A DNA stretch of 64,000 bases. Origin: a virus. The stretch lies in IMG/VR virus record IMGVR_UViG_3300019776_000212, positions 1-64,000 of that record, one strand, 5' to 3'. Each line of letters begins with the position of its first letter. The stretch's first letter is position 1. The notes below the pieces were generated by a model. It was not told the origin of the DNA. It did not search any database and was given only the letters and a program-made list of their open reading frames with translations. Shown here one piece after another: positions 62,224 to 64,000 of the stretch. The position numbers and the translations under genes were made by a program.

Positions 62224-62891
62224 ATTTCTCTCCTTTATTGCTTGCTTTTGATCTTGCTCTTAAATCCACAATGGGTTTCGCAGCAGAAGGCACATCTATC
62301 CCAAGGAACGCCATACACAGTGAAGTGCCTAAGACGTACCTTTGGATGTACCTCATGTCATCGTTCCACAATTGGGATCGCTGGCAGCCTACATGTGTAG
62401 GAATTGGCTGAGAGCCTTCCCTCGTCAGAGGTCATCACTACGCTGTTCTCTCATAAACATCTCAGCTTGGCCAGTAGCCCACTCTTCATAGCCATACACT
62501 GTCAGGTCGGTGAGGGATGGCTTACGCCGCGACATATCTCCCCTGACACATGAGCGATATTACCATAGAAAATTCTTTCGTCAAGGGGGTTGACTGGTTT
62601 GTTCGATGGTGTATGATGGCCTCACATTCAACAGTAAGGAGTAACTATGAAATACGAATTCCACATCCCAACAGACAAGAACACCGACTTCTTCAACGGG
62701 CCTGTAATCTTCCGTGAAGACGGTAGCTTCATGGCATTCTGCAACATGCATGGTCGTGGCCAAGCTTGTGTGGACGAAGTGTCTACTGCTATTAGCTGGG
62801 GCGACGGCTGGCTGCCAGCCGAAGAAGACAAAGACGTCCGTAAGCAAGTGGCCGTTGAGGGTATGTTTGAGATTTTCGTTTTGGAGGTGAA

Positions 62892-63290
62892 GTGATGACT
62901 GTTATGACCAACACCCAAGTGCGGGAAGGCCAGCTGCTGCAAGCTGCCATTTACGAAGGTAATGTGAAAGCAGGCTGGTGGACAAACCTGCTCACTGGTG
63001 AGCCAAAACCACGTGGTGATGTTGAGCAGATTCTCTCCAAGCTTGCACTGGTGCACAGCGAAGTTAGTGAGGCGTTGGAGGGTGCTCGTAAAGGTCTGAT
63101 GGATGACAAGCTCCCGCATCGTAAGATGATTGAGGTTGAACTGGCAGACGCCGTCATTCGTATCCTTGATCTCGCACATCATGAATGTCTCGATGTGTTT
63201 GGTGCAATGCAGGAGAAGCTGGCGTATAATGCTGTACGTGCAGACCACAAAATCGAAAACCGTCTCGCTGATGGCGGCAAGAAGGCATAA
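62892..63290 (+). CDS. MazG-like NTP pyrophosphohydrolase
   Basis: LVHSEVSEALEG.RK...ELADAVIRILD...K..YN. Confidence 0.85.
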   Translation: MMTVMTNTQVREGQLLQAAIYEGNVKAGWWTNLLTGEPKPRGDVEQILSKLALVHSEVSEALEGARKGLMDDKLPHRKMIEVELADAVIRILDLAHHECLDVFGAMQEKLAYNAVRADHKIENRLADGGKKA

Positions 63291-63300
63291 GGAGAAAGAA

Positions 63301-63720
63301 ATGGTACACAGTATTATCAAGTATAAAATTCAGGAAATCCGTGAAACCCGTGAGATGTCAATCCTCACGGATAACCGTGATCAACTTGTAGAGCTTAAAC
63401 GTATGTTCTCAGAGGCTGGAATTCCTGCAACCTCTGGAAGTTCGGAGCTTCGCTTACACTTCCGTTACGCCAACTGTCTCGGTTATTACTGGACTTCCGA
63501 CTTCCGTGGTGGCGGCGGCACTTTGGTGATTAGCTTCACAGACTTTATCCGCCGATACTGTGAGCTTCCGGCAGAAGAGCCACCAAAACTGCCTAAGCTG
63601 CATGACAAGCAGGTACTCCAACTGGCCGCCTTGATCGGAGTTCAAGACTCTCTTGTCGAGCAGCTGAAAGCCAACGGTAATGCAATCAAGGCCCTTAAGG
63701 CCGAGATGGGTATTGCCTAA
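63301..63720 (+). CDS. hypothetical protein
   Basis: AAGGAG RBS; bidirectional terminator at 63732-63765. Confidence 0.65.
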   Translation: MVHSIIKYKIQEIRETREMSILTDNRDQLVELKRMFSEAGIPATSGSSELRLHFRYANCLGYYWTSDFRGGGGTLVISFTDFIRRYCELPAEEPPKLPKLHDKQVLQLAALIGVQDSLVEQLKANGNAIKALKAEMGIA

Positions 63721-63749
63721 CGAGTGGATACAAAGAAGCCCCGTACCAA

Positions 63750-64000
63750 TTAGGTCGGGGCTTTTAGTCTTGCTCGCAAATCATCAATTTCACGTTTCAA
63801 TCCTTTGATATCGTCATCCGTAGCCTCAGTGCGTTTACGGTGCACAAACTCAAGAGAGTTGATTTGTTCTTGTAGTCTATTAATGGCATCAGTGTATCTC
63901 CTGTCCTGATCAGCCATATCTCTCTTGTGTTGTTGCTGGGCAACTTCTATCTGCATTTGTATATTCTTGTTTTTATTGTCAGGAGCAGCCAGTAGCATCA
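63750..64000 (-). CDS. C-terminal coiled-coil end of a gene running off the window
   Basis: Open frame reaching the window edge. Confidence 0.5.
   Translation of the reverse strand, partial: MLLAAPDNKNKNIQMQIEVAQQQHKRDMADQDRRYTDAINRLQEQINSLEFVHRKRTEATDDDIKGLKREIDDLRARLKAPT

Noticed and set aside
62236-62436. In-frame TGA between two short minus-strand frames as stop-codon recoding
   Set aside because: TGA is used as a normal stop throughout, no suppressor tRNA is seen, and there is no homology support

Overview
A 64-kb segment of a lytic tailed dsDNA phage genome. No integrase is seen and almost no structural genes fall in the window. Gene content and order resemble the ~90-100 kb Pseudomonas myoviruses of the PAK_P1/phiPsa374 type; this is an inference from gene repertoire, not a database result. 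Layout: (1) 1-1.9 kb, minus strand: tRNA cluster (Ser, Lys, Val) with an inserted HNH gene, a probable terminase small subunit and a candidate structured ncRNA. (2) 1.9-24.4 kb, plus strand, accessory/metabolic block: ClpP-like protease, dCMP deaminase, DNA ligase, HD hydrolase, phosphoesterase, RNA ligase plus kinase, PRPP-synthetase-like + NAMPT-like pair (NARP1-type NAD+ reconstitution), macrodomain, YgiB/YgiC-like lipoprotein + glutathionylspermidine-synthase-like ligase, PhoH, SLOG, MazG, NADAR-like. (3) About 25.2-36.5 kb: an early/host-takeover-like module of small minus-strand genes with at least 12 sigma70-like promoters, bracketed by two non-coding blocks rich in host-protein binding sites (a perfect parS plus half-sites, sigma54 -24/-12 boxes, SlyA/MarR-type boxes) and a candidate GGA-rich Rsm/Csr-sponge RNA. 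(4) 36.5-62.5 kb, minus strand, replication/nucleotide block: glutaredoxin, nrdA/nrdB, thyX, HNH nucleases, exonuclease, SSB-like, family A DNA polymerase, primase-helicase. The most unusual observations are a 173-aa protein built from short DNA polymerase A motifs (possible decoy), the host-factor binding-site clusters flanking the early module, a ~300-nt structured RNA, and a dispersed 31-bp hairpin element found four times.
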